A stretch of DNA of 64,000 nt from a virus (IMGVR_UViG_3300032321_001382); one strand, 5' to 3'; positions 1 through 8,786 are shown, counted from the stretch's first letter. Notes: a model not told the origin generated them from the sequence alone. Program-made: numbers and translations.

Positions 1-179
1 AAGCACCGCCTCAGCCTCAGCCTCAACAAGCGCCCCCGCCACCACCTCCTAGTGAGCCAGTTTATTCTGCTCCACCAGAAGAAGATTTTAGTGTAATTAG
101 CGAATCTCCAAATAAAGGAAATGGTATCAAGCCAGATATTATTGTAGCACCAAAAAGAAGAGGCAGACCAAAAGCATAA
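1..179 (+). CDS. 3' end of upstream gene (partial): Pro-rich tail with an AT-hook-like RRGRPK motif
   Basis: Frame starting at nt 3 reads APPQPQPQQAPPPPPSEPVYSAPPEEDFSVISESPNKGNGIKPDIIVAPKRRGRPKA, stop TAA at 177-179. The AT-hook core GRP is flanked by R/K. Confidence 0.5.
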   Translation, partial: APPQPQPQQAPPPPPPSEPVYSAPPEEDFSVISESPNKGNGIKPDIIVAPKRRGRPKA

Positions 180-181
180 TC

Positions 182-994
182 ATGGGTAGAGAACCAAAAT
201 TACTTGTAGCCATTGGCAAAAAAGGAGTTGGAAAATCTTATACAACAGAAAAGATGATTCAAAGCTATGTAGTTGGCAATCCCGCTAAAGGAGTACCAGC
301 CCGTAGAGTATTGATATTGGACGTAAATGATGAATATGTTAATTACAAGGCTATAAGGATACAAGATATCACACTATTTTCTGTACATCCTATGATTGAG
401 GTTAGGAGAATTAGACCCTTTTTGGATGATGGTAAAAAAATGACTCTTGATGATATTGCGCAAACACTTTTTATTATTTTGGATACTTTTAGAAATGGCT
501 TGCTGTTAATAGAAGATGTAAATAAATATATTAGTGACTTTATGCCAAATGACTTAACTGGTGCTATTTGTACTAATAGACATATAGGAGTTGACATTAT
601 ATTGCATTATCAATCTATTGGACGTATTACATCAAAAGTTTGGCAGAATGTTAATATAATTAGATTACATAAGTTTACAGATACCGTTAAGAAACACAAA
701 CATAAGTTTGAAGATAAGTTTGAGTATCTATCTATTTGTGAGGCAATGATTAATCATAAGTACGAACAAGGAGAAAAGCACTTTTATTTATATGCAGATA
801 TAGATAACGACAAGATTTATGGTCCATTCACAGATGCTGATATGGAATTCGCTGTAAATGCATTTCTACAACAGAATTATAACAACTTAATTAACCCAAT
901 ATTGAATTCTAGAGACGATATGGGTAAGAAAATACACACACCTCAGACTGCAATCGCAGATATGAAAAAAAGGTTGATGAATTACAAAAAATAA
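182..994 (+). CDS. P-loop NTPase with deviant Walker A (GKKGVGKS); ParA/MinD- or Zot/packaging-ATPase-like
   Basis: 270-aa ORF. N-terminal VAIGKKGVGKSYTT resembles the deviant Walker A of ParA/MinD. A hydrophobic stretch followed by D (VLILDVND) could be Walker B. Confidence 0.55.
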   Translation: MGREPKLLVAIGKKGVGKSYTTEKMIQSYVVGNPAKGVPARRVLILDVNDEYVNYKAIRIQDITLFSVHPMIEVRRIRPFLDDGKKMTLDDIAQTLFIILDTFRNGLLLIEDVNKYISDFMPNDLTGAICTNRHIGVDIILHYQSIGRITSKVWQNVNIIRLHKFTDTVKKHKHKFEDKFEYLSICEAMINHKYEQGEKHFYLYADIDNDKIYGPFTDADMEFAVNAFLQQNYNNLINPILNSRDDMGKKIHTPQTAIADMKKRLMNYKK

Positions 995-1448
995 AATACT
1001 TAATTTCAAGGTATTTTATATACAATTAATGCAATTGCATTCAAAATCAACCATTTACATTGACAATATAGTCGCTATACCTATTCCGTTTGTTTTCAAA
1101 CATGATTAAATTTGGTCTTGGAATTGTTCTTGTTATATGTCGGGTTTTATGTTATTATTTAAAACAAAGGTTTGTACCTATTTTAAAATTTTAACCCAGA
1201 GCTCATCCATATTAAAGAAGAGGTAGGTAAAAGTTCTTAATTGATAAGTTTTTGAATAAATAGTTTTTGAAAATTATTTAGTATATAAGACTTAAAGCTT
1301 AAAAATAATAACTACTAATTTTTAAGAAACAAAACCAAAGAGTTGAAGGTTTAAAATTTATTGTTTTTTAATGTTGACATTCAAGAAATGAAAAATTGCC
1401 CCCTAAGACAAAGAAAACAAATATTTAAAACAAACAAAATTTAACAAA

Positions 1449-2165
1449 ATGTCACAAGTACGTAATTACTTAAACATGGCTAAGAATCAAGCAAACGAAA
1501 ACTATATGAGTTTTGCTGGAAATCAACAAGCCCAATTCGGAAACAACATGGGTGGAATGAGAACTTCTACTCCAGTTTATGCTAACGCAACTGGCGGTAA
1601 CAACGCTCCTCAGTCTCAACCTTACATTATCACTGTATCTAACGCTTCTGCAACTGCAGTTAGCAACTTCGATGTATTAGGTGCTTACACTTACATCAAT
1701 GGTGGTACTGGTACTTATTCTAATGGTTCATTAACTATTGGTAACGTAACAATTAGCTCTGCTATTTCTAACGTAACTTACCAACAATTCTTGTACCAAT
1801 CAATGAACCAACCTTTCTCTGTAGGTTTAACTTACATCGAGTTAGTATCTGGTTCTAGCTCTCAAATTACTCAGACTTTCACCTTGAATACTCAAGATGC
1901 GAATGGTAATCAAATGTTAAGAACAATCGTTCCAACAATTGACCCTTACCAACAACAATCAACTATTGTTGCTGTTAAGCAATTGTATTCTATTGATGGT
2001 TATACTAAATTAACTTTCAATACAATCCAAGCTTCTTCTGTATTTAGAATTCACTTCTACCCAAGCACTAACATCAACTTAGCAGCTGGTTTAGGTGGTC
2101 AAGCAGTAGCTCAAAGCTATGGTAACCCTAACATCGTAGGTGTACCAACTTACATTCAAGGATAA
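1449..2165 (+). CDS. Gln/Asn/Ser/Thr-rich protein; candidate abundant virion structural protein
   Basis: 238-aa ORF preceded by a 450-bp AT-rich non-coding leader and followed directly by a strong rho-independent terminator. It is an isolated transcription unit with no TM segment and a composition typical of beta-sandwich structural proteins. Confidence 0.6.
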   Translation: MSQVRNYLNMAKNQANENYMSFAGNQQAQFGNNMGGMRTSTPVYANATGGNNAPQSQPYIITVSNASATAVSNFDVLGAYTYINGGTGTYSNGSLTIGNVTISSAISNVTYQQFLYQSMNQPFSVGLTYIELVSGSSSQITQTFTLNTQDANGNQMLRTIVPTIDPYQQQSTIVAVKQLYSIDGYTKLTFNTIQASSVFRIHFYPSTNINLAAGLGGQAVAQSYGNPNIVGVPTYIQG

Positions 2166-2187
2166 TCCACAAATGTAAATAATCAAG

Positions 2188-2230
2188 GAAGGGGCGATGG
2201 AGTTTCACCACTTTATTCGCCCCTTTTTTT
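2188..2230 (+). terminator. rho-independent terminator
   Basis: GGGGCGATGG...TTCGCCCC stem followed by TTTTTTT at 2224-2230. Confidence 0.75.
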
Positions 2231-2243
2231 AAATTTTGTCTTA

Positions 2244-2681
2244 ATGAACTTATACTTATATATTGCTCAAAATAATCCAGATGCGGCTTACGAAATTTGT
2301 AAGAAGTATGGATATTTTAATGTCAATTCAATAGAAGAGTTAGCAAATTGTTTACAAAGCATAGTTGCTGAAAATGGACAAGAGTGTTTAAAAGAAATTC
2401 TAGAGATACACCCAGAAAAAGAGGTTATCTTAGAAGTATTTGACTACAAAAAAAAAGTCAATGAAGTACCTTTAGAGGAGGTTCTTCAAAAAATATTTGA
2501 TAAAAATAAGCCAGTGGAAAAGGAAAAGAGCGAGGAGAAAAGTGATTGTGGTTGTATGAAAAGCGCAGATGCTACTCCAAGTACACCTAGTGCTCCATCA
2601 GTTTCTGTTAATCAAACAAACACTTATATTTTAGTAGGAGCTTTAATTGTTTCTTTGGCAATTATATCAATGAAAAAATAA
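2244..2681 (+). CDS. tail-anchored membrane protein; acidic N-domain, Pro/Ser/Thr linker, C-terminal TM
   Basis: 145 aa; C-terminal YILVGALIVSLAIISMKK hydrophobic anchor. Confidence 0.55.
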   Translation: MNLYLYIAQNNPDAAYEICKKYGYFNVNSIEELANCLQSIVAENGQECLKEILEIHPEKEVILEVFDYKKKVNEVPLEEVLQKIFDKNKPVEKEKSEEKSDCGCMKSADATPSTPSAPSVSVNQTNTYILVGALIVSLAIISMKK

Positions 2682-2686
2682 TAAAA

Positions 2687-3037
2687 ATGGAAAATGAACA
2701 AGTTATAGATTTAGTAAGAGGTTTATTTGTAAAAGTTATATCTTATGATAGGTTAGCTCTTGTTGATATTCTTAATAATGATGGATTCTCAATTAGCCCA
2801 AATGCTGATGAAGAAACATTAATTAATACATCATTAACTGCTATGCAAGTAAGTGAGAAATTTAGAGATGATTTATCTCAACTTATGATTAAATATGCAG
2901 ATTCTGGAACAAATTACAAATCTTTTGCTCCATATCAGAATGATTTAACAGAAAGTCTATCTCCACAAGAAATAATGGGTAATGAACAATTACCAGTAGA
3001 TGAAATTTTTTACAAAGCACCTTTATTTGCTAAATAA
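2687..3037 (+). CDS. acidic hypothetical protein
   Basis: 116-aa ORF packed tightly after the previous gene. Confidence 0.5.
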   Translation: MENEQVIDLVRGLFVKVISYDRLALVDILNNDGFSISPNADEETLINTSLTAMQVSEKFRDDLSQLMIKYADSGTNYKSFAPYQNDLTESLSPQEIMGNEQLPVDEIFYKAPLFAK

Positions 3038-3055
3038 AATAATAATAACACAAAT

Positions 3056-3397
3056 ATGACAAACGAATTTTTAAATCAAACTGGAACTACAGCAGCGGCA
3101 ACAACAACTTCAAAATCTCCTAATTGGTTAACTACCGCATTAGATACTGTGAAGTTTGGTGTTTCTACTTGGTCTGATGCTCAAAAAAGACAAGCAGAAG
3201 CCGATACAGCAGCTGCAGCTCTTAAGTTAGAAAACCTTAAATTAGCAGCTCTTAAACAAGAAGCTATTAATGCAGCAACAACTAGTACTAGTGTAGCTAC
3301 AAAGGTAAAATCTTATGGTATTCCTATCGCTATCACTGGCGTAGTAGTTGCTTTGGGAATTGCAACTTATTTCTACTTCAAAAAGAAAAAAGCTTAA
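3056..3397 (+). CDS. C-terminally anchored membrane protein with Ala-rich coiled segment
   Basis: 113 aa; C-terminal IAITGVVVALGIATYFYFKKKKA TM. Confidence 0.55.
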   Translation: MTNEFLNQTGTTAAATTTSKSPNWLTTALDTVKFGVSTWSDAQKRQAEADTAAAALKLENLKLAALKQEAINAATTSTSVATKVKSYGIPIAITGVVVALGIATYFYFKKKKA

Positions 3398-3398
3398 T

Positions 3399-3839
3399 AT
3401 GGCTAATGGCAAAATAGGAGTTGGTGCAACAATTGGCATAGTTGTCGCGGTTACTGCGGCGGTTGGTCTTGGTCTTTATTTTATTTTAAAGCCTAAAAAA
3501 ATTATTGCTGCAACACCAAGTACTGGTGGTTCTTCTATTAACGCTGCTCAAGTAGCCGCACTGCAAGCTCAATTAGAAAAAATGCAAGCTGATGCAATAG
3601 CAAGTCAAAATAATATTTCTAATCAACAAAAAGAACTAAACAAACAACAATTGAATAGTATTTTATTAGCTTTGGGTGGTAAAATAGCTAGTGCTGGAGT
3701 AGATAAATTGATTAATTCTTTTGGTAGTGGCAGCAAAAATAGTTACTTAGATACTAGTTTAGCAGATACGGCTCCAGATTATGTTACAGATTCTATTTGG
3801 ACTGATTCTAAATATGGTTATTTAAGTCCTTGGGGATAA
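3399..3839 (+). CDS. N-terminally anchored membrane protein (signal-anchor family)
   Basis: Track ORF 3348..3839 trimmed to the in-frame ATG at 3399, immediately after the upstream stop. Begins MANGKIGVGATIGIVVAVTAAVGLGLYFILKPKK. Confidence 0.55.
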   Translation: MANGKIGVGATIGIVVAVTAAVGLGLYFILKPKKIIAATPSTGGSSINAAQVAALQAQLEKMQADAIASQNNISNQQKELNKQQLNSILLALGGKIASAGVDKLINSFGSGSKNSYLDTSLADTAPDYVTDSIWTDSKYGYLSPWG

Positions 3840-3852
3840 AATTAAAATAATT

Positions 3853-4074
3853 ATGTACGCAAAGAAGTTCTTAAATGCTGTGAGTGAAGAGAAGTCGAAA
3901 AGTACGACCACTATCATCAATGACCTTACAAAAGGTACAATGACTGGAGCGGCAATAGGGGCTGGAATTGGAATTTATATAGGTTTTTCAAGAGATAAAA
4001 ACTTATTAATGACTGGATTTTTAGGAGCAATATTAGGAGGGGCTATATCAAGAATATTTATAGTTAAAAAATAA
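3853..4074 (+). CDS. small membrane protein (glycine-zipper TM)
   Basis: 73 aa; GAAIGAGIGIYIGF and GFLGAILGGAI hydrophobic segments. Confidence 0.5.
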   Translation: MYAKKFLNAVSEEKSKSTTTIINDLTKGTMTGAAIGAGIGIYIGFSRDKNLLMTGFLGAILGGAISRIFIVKK

Positions 4075-4080
4075 AAAAAA

Positions 4081-4284
4081 ATGGCAATACTTAGTAGTCA
4101 CAATTGTTTAACAAAAAAGTGCAATACTTGTTCTTTCTTTCAAATAGAGAGCACTAGTGTTGAATCATCAGCTAGCTCTGACACTATAGTTGCGGTTTGT
4201 AAACCAAATTATTTATTAATTGGAGGTTTAGTAGCATTAATTATAGCGTCACCAATAATTTATAAAAAATTAAAAAAATCATAA
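4081..4284 (+). CDS. small Cys-containing C-terminally anchored protein
   Basis: 67 aa; C-terminal LLIGGLVALIIASPIIYKK. Confidence 0.45.
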   Translation: MAILSSHNCLTKKCNTCSFFQIESTSVESSASSDTIVAVCKPNYLLIGGLVALIIASPIIYKKLKKS

Positions 4285-4285
4285 A

Positions 4286-4528
4286 ATGAACAAGGATACA
4301 AAAATATTATTAGGAGTTGCTGGTTTAGCACTATTAGGGTATTTTCTATGGGAAAAGTCATCAAAAGATGCAGCAAACGACACTACTAAAGCATACGCAA
4401 ATGCAAGTGGTAAGTCTGGAAGCCCTTGTTCTTTTAAGATGGATGGAGAGATTGTTAGTGGTACAAGAAGTGAATTAGACAATAAGTATTGTTTCACTAG
4501 CGATGGTAAAAGAGGTTTAGCAATTTAA
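4286..4528 (+). CDS. signal-anchor paralog family member (MNKDTKILLGVAGLALLGYFLWEK)
   Basis: N-terminal motif M-x-K-x-TK-[IM]-x-LG-(hydrophobic)-Y-[FY]-x-W-[KE]K shared with more than 10 other ORFs in the window; Cys-containing C-domain. Confidence 0.6.
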   Translation: MNKDTKILLGVAGLALLGYFLWEKSSKDAANDTTKAYANASGKSGSPCSFKMDGEIVSGTRSELDNKYCFTSDGKRGLAI

Positions 4529-4537
4529 AAAAAATAT

Positions 4538-4873
4538 ATGAACAAAAAAACAAAAATGGTATTAGGAGTTGCAGCAATAGGTGCTGTTGCTTATTATTTC
4601 TGGAAGAAGTCTAAGACTGCAGCATTCGCTAATCAATCTGGACCAATAGGTATTTACCCAACTATTTATGGCTCTGGTGCTGCCGCAGAAAAGGCTATTA
4701 GTAGTTGTACTTGGCTTAAAAGATGTTCAAATGGAAAAGCTTACTGTTTCAATACCCAAGATGCTTATAGCAATTTCAAATGTCCAGTAGGCAATGAAGA
4801 TGTTAGATATAATCAAGCAAGCGTACTTGCACCAAAACAAAATGTACAACAAGGACGTATTTCTGGAATGTAA
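4538..4873 (+). CDS. signal-anchor paralog family member (MNKKTKMVLGVAAIGAVAYYFWKK)
   Basis: Same N-terminal family motif; 111 aa; Cys-containing ectodomain. Confidence 0.6.
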   Translation: MNKKTKMVLGVAAIGAVAYYFWKKSKTAAFANQSGPIGIYPTIYGSGAAAEKAISSCTWLKRCSNGKAYCFNTQDAYSNFKCPVGNEDVRYNQASVLAPKQNVQQGRISGM

Positions 4874-4888
4874 TTAAAAATTTAATTT

Positions 4889-4934
4889 TAAACATAAAAA
4901 CAAACAAAATGAACAAAAAAACAAAAATGTGGTT
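4889..4934 (+). repeat. duplicated leader plus start segment (copy 1); copy 2 at 5387..5435
   Basis: taaacataaaaacaaacaaaatgaacaaaaaaacaaaaatgtggtt at 4889-4934 versus taaaaacataaaaaacaaacaaaatggacaaaaaaacaaaaatgtggtt at 5387-5435, a near-identical promoter/leader/N-terminus cassette on two paralogs. Confidence 0.7.
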
Positions 4935-5070
4935 AGGCGTAGGAGTAGTAGCAGTAGCTGCTTATTATTTCTGGAACAAGAAGAAACAATCAGATTCAGC
5001 AGCAGCAGCGGTAGCTCCAAAAGCATTTGCTAATATGACTGCTGGAGTACAAGGACCAGTAACAAAATAA
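4909..5070 (+). CDS. signal-anchor paralog family member, 53 aa (not in ORF track)
   Basis: Read manually: ATG at 4909 gives MNKKTKMWLGVGVVAVAAYYFWNKKKQSDSAAAAVAPKAFANMTAGVQGPVTK, stop TAA 5068-5070. Its leader and first codons duplicate those of the 5410 gene. Confidence 0.5.
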   Translation: MNKKTKMWLGVGVVAVAAYYFWNKKKQSDSAAAAVAPKAFANMTAGVQGPVTK

Positions 5071-5097
5071 TTAATTAACAATTAAAAATTAAAAAAA

Positions 5098-5223
5098 ATG
5101 GCAGACACAACAACAACAACAACTGGATTTTTCCAATCAGCAACTGGTATTGCTATCTCTTTAGGAGTATTATTTGTATCAGTTTGGGCTATTTCTAAAG
5201 CTTGGAAATCTGGACAAAAATAA
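5098..5223 (+). CDS. 41-aa membrane peptide (MADTTTTTTGFFQSATGIAISLGVLFVSVWAISKAWKSGQK)
   Basis: Manual read; ATG 5098, TAA 5221-5223; single TM. Confidence 0.35.
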   Translation: MADTTTTTTGFFQSATGIAISLGVLFVSVWAISKAWKSGQK

Positions 5224-5226
5224 ATT

Positions 5227-5385
5227 ATGGAAGTACCTAAAGCCTTAACATCGATAGGCGCAGTAGCTGGTTTATACTATGGAGTTACCAAGAACAAAGG
5301 TTTTTGGGGGACTGCTGGTTTTACTCTTTTATTTGCAATTGGAGGAGCGGCTCTAGGTAATTTCTATGAAGCTATTAAAAAATAG
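5227..5385 (+). CDS. 52-aa membrane peptide
   Basis: Manual read; ATG 5227, TAG 5383-5385; MEVPKALTSIGAVAGLYYGV...GFTLLFAIGGAALGNFYEAIKK. Confidence 0.35.
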   Translation: MEVPKALTSIGAVAGLYYGVTKNKGFWGTAGFTLLFAIGGAALGNFYEAIKK

Positions 5386-5409
5386 TTAAAAACATAAAAA
5401 ACAAACAAA

Positions 5410-6402
5410 ATGGACAAAAAAACAAAAATGTGGTTGGGCGCTGGTATTTTAGGTGTTGGCGCTTACTTGCTTTGGAAGAGTAAAAAAGCAGCTGCAGTAT
5501 CATCAGCTCCAGCTAATTTAGTTGGTTTTGATAGTGGAAGTTTCTATGAGCCTCATACCGCTAAATATGGTGTGGGTGAAGGAGTTTTCGCTAATCAAAC
5601 TGGTGGAATGATTAATTCTAACGAAGTAGTAGGCGGACACGCTGGAGTAGACAATCAAGGAATTTTTGCTAATCAAACTGGCAAAAGAGGTTCTGTATTT
5701 GTAGGTCCTTTAGACCAAGGTACATATGGACCATTTAATGATTCTACTCGTGGAAATAGAGTATTTCCTACAGTATATGTACCTTCAGATTCTACCTCTA
5801 AGAAAATGAAATTTGTTAGCCAAGATGGTACAAGCTTCTTTGATGTACAAGGTGGTCGTCAAGGAATTTTCGCTAATCAAACTGGAGCTAGTGAAAGCTT
5901 TTACGATGTAAGAGGTGGACACGCTGGTGTACATGGTCAAGGAATCTTTGCTGATGCTACTGGTGTAGATACAAAAAACCTTGGAAAATTAACAAATAGA
6001 AAAGGATTTGCTAATCAACCTTTTAACTTTGGTGGAACAATGCCTTTTGCTGCAGAAATTGGTGATAATGAAAAATTTGCTAATGCTGGAGGAATTTTAG
6101 ACAAAGCTAAAGCAGCTTGGAAAGCTAATAAATATTTACCTCAGTGGGGTACAGAAGCTACTTCTACTAAATTTACTGGTGAAGTTGGCGATAATGAAAA
6201 ATTTAATGCTACTGGTGGAAGAACTACTCCTATTCATACCATGAATGCTGCTGGAACTGGTTCAAAATTCTTTGATGTTCAAACGGCAAAATATGGTGAT
6301 AACCAAGGAGTATTTGCTGCAGCAGAAAAGATGAACGCTAGTGGAAAGGAAGGTGGTTTAATAAACGTTCCATCTGTACGTCAGGCTTGGGTTAATAGAT
6401 AG
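5410..6402 (+). CDS. signal-anchor paralog with internal GIFANQTG and EIGDNEKF(A/N)A(T)GG repeats
   Basis: 330 aa. N-terminal MDKKTKMWLGAGILGVGAYLLWKSKK. Five or more copies of G(I/V)FANQTG (an NQT sequon) and two copies of E(I/V)GDNEKF. Confidence 0.65.
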   Translation: MDKKTKMWLGAGILGVGAYLLWKSKKAAAVSSAPANLVGFDSGSFYEPHTAKYGVGEGVFANQTGGMINSNEVVGGHAGVDNQGIFANQTGKRGSVFVGPLDQGTYGPFNDSTRGNRVFPTVYVPSDSTSKKMKFVSQDGTSFFDVQGGRQGIFANQTGASESFYDVRGGHAGVHGQGIFADATGVDTKNLGKLTNRKGFANQPFNFGGTMPFAAEIGDNEKFANAGGILDKAKAAWKANKYLPQWGTEATSTKFTGEVGDNEKFNATGGRTTPIHTMNAAGTGSKFFDVQTAKYGDNQGVFAAAEKMNASGKEGGLINVPSVRQAWVNR

Positions 6403-6476
6403 TATTTTTTAAAATTAATTAGAAATAAGTTACTAGGGTTTACCAATCTTAGTAACCTATATTTCTATATCCATAT

Positions 6477-6668
6477 ATGAAAAAGAAAAACATTTTATTA
6501 GTAGGGGTATTGGCTTTAGGGTCATACCTTTTTTGGCGTTATAGCAAAACCAAGAAAAACTTCTCTGGTTTCCCAAAATCTACGTATAAAGAGGAGCCAG
6601 TTCAAGATATTTTATATAAATTTGGGATGCCTGAATTTGGCAAACCAGAATATATAATAAAAAATTAA
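6477..6668 (+). CDS. signal-anchor paralog family member (MKKKNILLVGVLALGSYLFWRYSKTKK)
   Basis: 63 aa with the family N-terminal motif. Confidence 0.5.
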   Translation: MKKKNILLVGVLALGSYLFWRYSKTKKNFSGFPKSTYKEEPVQDILYKFGMPEFGKPEYIIKN

Positions 6669-6672
6669 AAAA

Positions 6673-7008
6673 ATGGAAAAATCTGCAAACAAAAGATGGA
6701 AGGAAAGTGGTTCAACTTTGACCTTTAAAGAGTGGATTGACAGAGAAAATAAAAAAAATGAGCCTTTTGAGGGGGATTTTATCCCATTTAAACAAGAGGA
6801 AATCGCTATGGTTAATGCTGTTGGAAGCGACTCAATAAGTCAAACTATTGAAGCTGCAAAACAAGATTTGATTGATGCAAGTGGTTATAAATCAGCATCT
6901 AGCAAATCAAATGTATTAGGATTAAACAAAGGGGTTTTAGTATTCTCGACTTTATTAATAGTCGGTTCATTATCATATTACTTCTATCAAAAATATAAAA
7001 AGAAATAA
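6673..7008 (+). CDS. C-terminally anchored protein
   Basis: 111 aa; C-terminal VLVFSTLLIVGSLSYYFYQKYKKK. Confidence 0.5.
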   Translation: MEKSANKRWKESGSTLTFKEWIDRENKKNEPFEGDFIPFKQEEIAMVNAVGSDSISQTIEAAKQDLIDASGYKSASSKSNVLGLNKGVLVFSTLLIVGSLSYYFYQKYKKK

Positions 7009-7292
7009 TGTTAGAAAAAAAGCATATATTTTTATTGGGCGTTGTTGCTATTGGCGTATTAATATATATTAATTCCAATAAAAAATTAGAAATGGTTATG
7101 GTTGAAGTTGAAGAACCATCTAAAACAGCAGAAAAAAAATCTTTTGATAGCGCTACTTTACCACTTACATTAATGCCACCAACTAGACTTGGAGATGGCG
7201 AGCAGCTACCAAATAATAATATTAAAAAGAACTTCTCTTCAATACTTAATTTAAAACCAAGATTGGATAAATTATCTAATAATTTCTTATGA
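7008..7292 (+). CDS. N-terminally anchored small protein
   Basis: 94 aa; HIFLLGVVAIGVLIYINS TM. Start overlaps the upstream stop (TAATG). Confidence 0.45.
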   Translation: MLEKKHIFLLGVVAIGVLIYINSNKKLEMVMVEVEEPSKTAEKKSFDSATLPLTLMPPTRLGDGEQLPNNNIKKNFSSILNLKPRLDKLSNNFL

Positions 7293-8071
7293 TAGTAAAA
7301 GTACCTACCAGATACGAGGAGTTAACTTTAATTATAAAGGTACTTACTCACGAACCAGCTAAGATTAGAATTAAGGTTATTGATGACGCTCAAGTTGATA
7401 CATCATTTACTGATAGATTTAAGACCGTAGATGGCGAAAGCATATTCTACGTAAGGATGCCAGTAAGTCCTCAAAATGCTTTAGTATATATATACAATGA
7501 AGATAATGGTAACTTAATGCAAGATGAAGATGACACATTTGAGGTAGAATCTATAACAAAAGGAGCTTTAGAGAAGAAATTAGATGTAATTGACTTCTCA
7601 AATACTGATGTAAGAAGCTTTGTAAACTTCGCTACTAGATTTTCTTATAATGCTGGTACTTTACCAAGCGGTACTTACGTAAGTGATGATAGAAAATTTG
7701 TAATTAAATATTTGCCACTTATTGAAGATAATGGAAAAGAGCAATCAACTCCAGCTAGAATAGATATTACTAATGGAAATATTGAAATATCTAAAAAACA
7801 ATTTGTAAAATTTACCGTTCCTAATAGAATGGCAATTTTATTGCATGAGTTTTCTCACGTATATCTAAATGATAATGTAGATGATGAAGTAGAAGCTGAT
7901 TTAAATTCATTATTAATATATTTAGGTTTAGGTTATCCAAGAATAGATGCTTTTGAGGTGTTTGCTAAAACATTTATGAACGCACCTAGTAAGCAAAATA
8001 AAGATAGATACGATAAAATAAAAGGCTTTATAGATAATTTCGAAAACCATAATACATACTTGTACGACTAA
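7289..8071 (+). CDS. putative zinc metallopeptidase (HExxH)
   Basis: 260 aa; AILLHEFSHVYLNDNVDDEVE contains HEFSH plus downstream acidic residues (zincin-like). Lies directly upstream of the lytic transglycosylase. Confidence 0.5.
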   Translation: MIVKVPTRYEELTLIIKVLTHEPAKIRIKVIDDAQVDTSFTDRFKTVDGESIFYVRMPVSPQNALVYIYNEDNGNLMQDEDDTFEVESITKGALEKKLDVIDFSNTDVRSFVNFATRFSYNAGTLPSGTYVSDDRKFVIKYLPLIEDNGKEQSTPARIDITNGNIEISKKQFVKFTVPNRMAILLHEFSHVYLNDNVDDEVEADLNSLLIYLGLGYPRIDAFEVFAKTFMNAPSKQNKDRYDKIKGFIDNFENHNTYLYD

Positions 8072-8073
8072 TA

Positions 8074-8784
8074 ATGGCATATACTAAACTTACCATAAGA
8101 ATACCAGAGGTCAATAAGACCTATGCAAACTATTCTACTCCTAGTGGTAAGCAATCTAATGTGCAACTTGTCAAAAAAATAGACAACAATTATGGTAGTA
8201 TAATAGAAAAGTGGGGGAAAGTATTTGATATACCAAAAGGTGTTTTAATTGCATTTATAGCAACAGAAAGTGGTGGTCGTCAAGGATTATATAATTTTTG
8301 TTGTTATGGACTCATGCAAGTATCTCCAGATATTGTATGGGAATATCCATTAAGATGGTCTGGTACAGTATCTACTCCACTACCGCAAGAGGTAAAAAAT
8401 ATATTAAATAGTAAAGCATCTGGTATATTAACGGCTAAAAATTTCAGCTCTACTTTAGATAATAAAATTAAAAAAGCATTATTAGATGATGCTAGTTTTA
8501 ATATTATGTGTGGGACTATGTGTTTGAGATGGCTAATAGAGAGGTTTTCAAACTTTTTAACTGGAGGTCAGCTTAATAAAGCAATTATAGGATATAATTC
8601 AGGTGCATATTCTACTCATATAAATACATTTGTTGCGGGAATCAGAACTCCTAATAAGATACCAAAAGATACTACAACATTTGTAAATAATAGCAGTATA
8701 CCTCGTGAAACAAAAAATTATTTAATTAAAATGTTGGGGGTAGATGGATATATGAGTTTAATTTATAAAGATAAAGTTATATAG
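8074..8784 (+). CDS. lytic transglycosylase (SLT domain)
   Basis: 236 aa; FIATESGGRQ...YGLMQVSPD...IIGYNSGAY matches the SLT family ES / GLMQ / YNxG motif series. Confidence 0.7.
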   Translation: MAYTKLTIRIPEVNKTYANYSTPSGKQSNVQLVKKIDNNYGSIIEKWGKVFDIPKGVLIAFIATESGGRQGLYNFCCYGLMQVSPDIVWEYPLRWSGTVSTPLPQEVKNILNSKASGILTAKNFSSTLDNKIKKALLDDASFNIMCGTMCLRWLIERFSNFLTGGQLNKAIIGYNSGAYSTHINTFVAGIRTPNKIPKDTTTFVNNSSIPRETKNYLIKMLGVDGYMSLIYKDKVI

Positions 8785-8786
8785 CA

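Noticed and set aside
343-597. Minus-strand 84-aa ORF inside the ATPase gene, and similar small antisense ORFs (35036..35266, 37161..37409, 40157..40531, 40819..41118, 47713..48061, 58634..58980, 61708..62155)
   Set aside because: They are fully embedded antisense or alternative-frame ORFs within longer, better-supported genes, and they have atypical composition.
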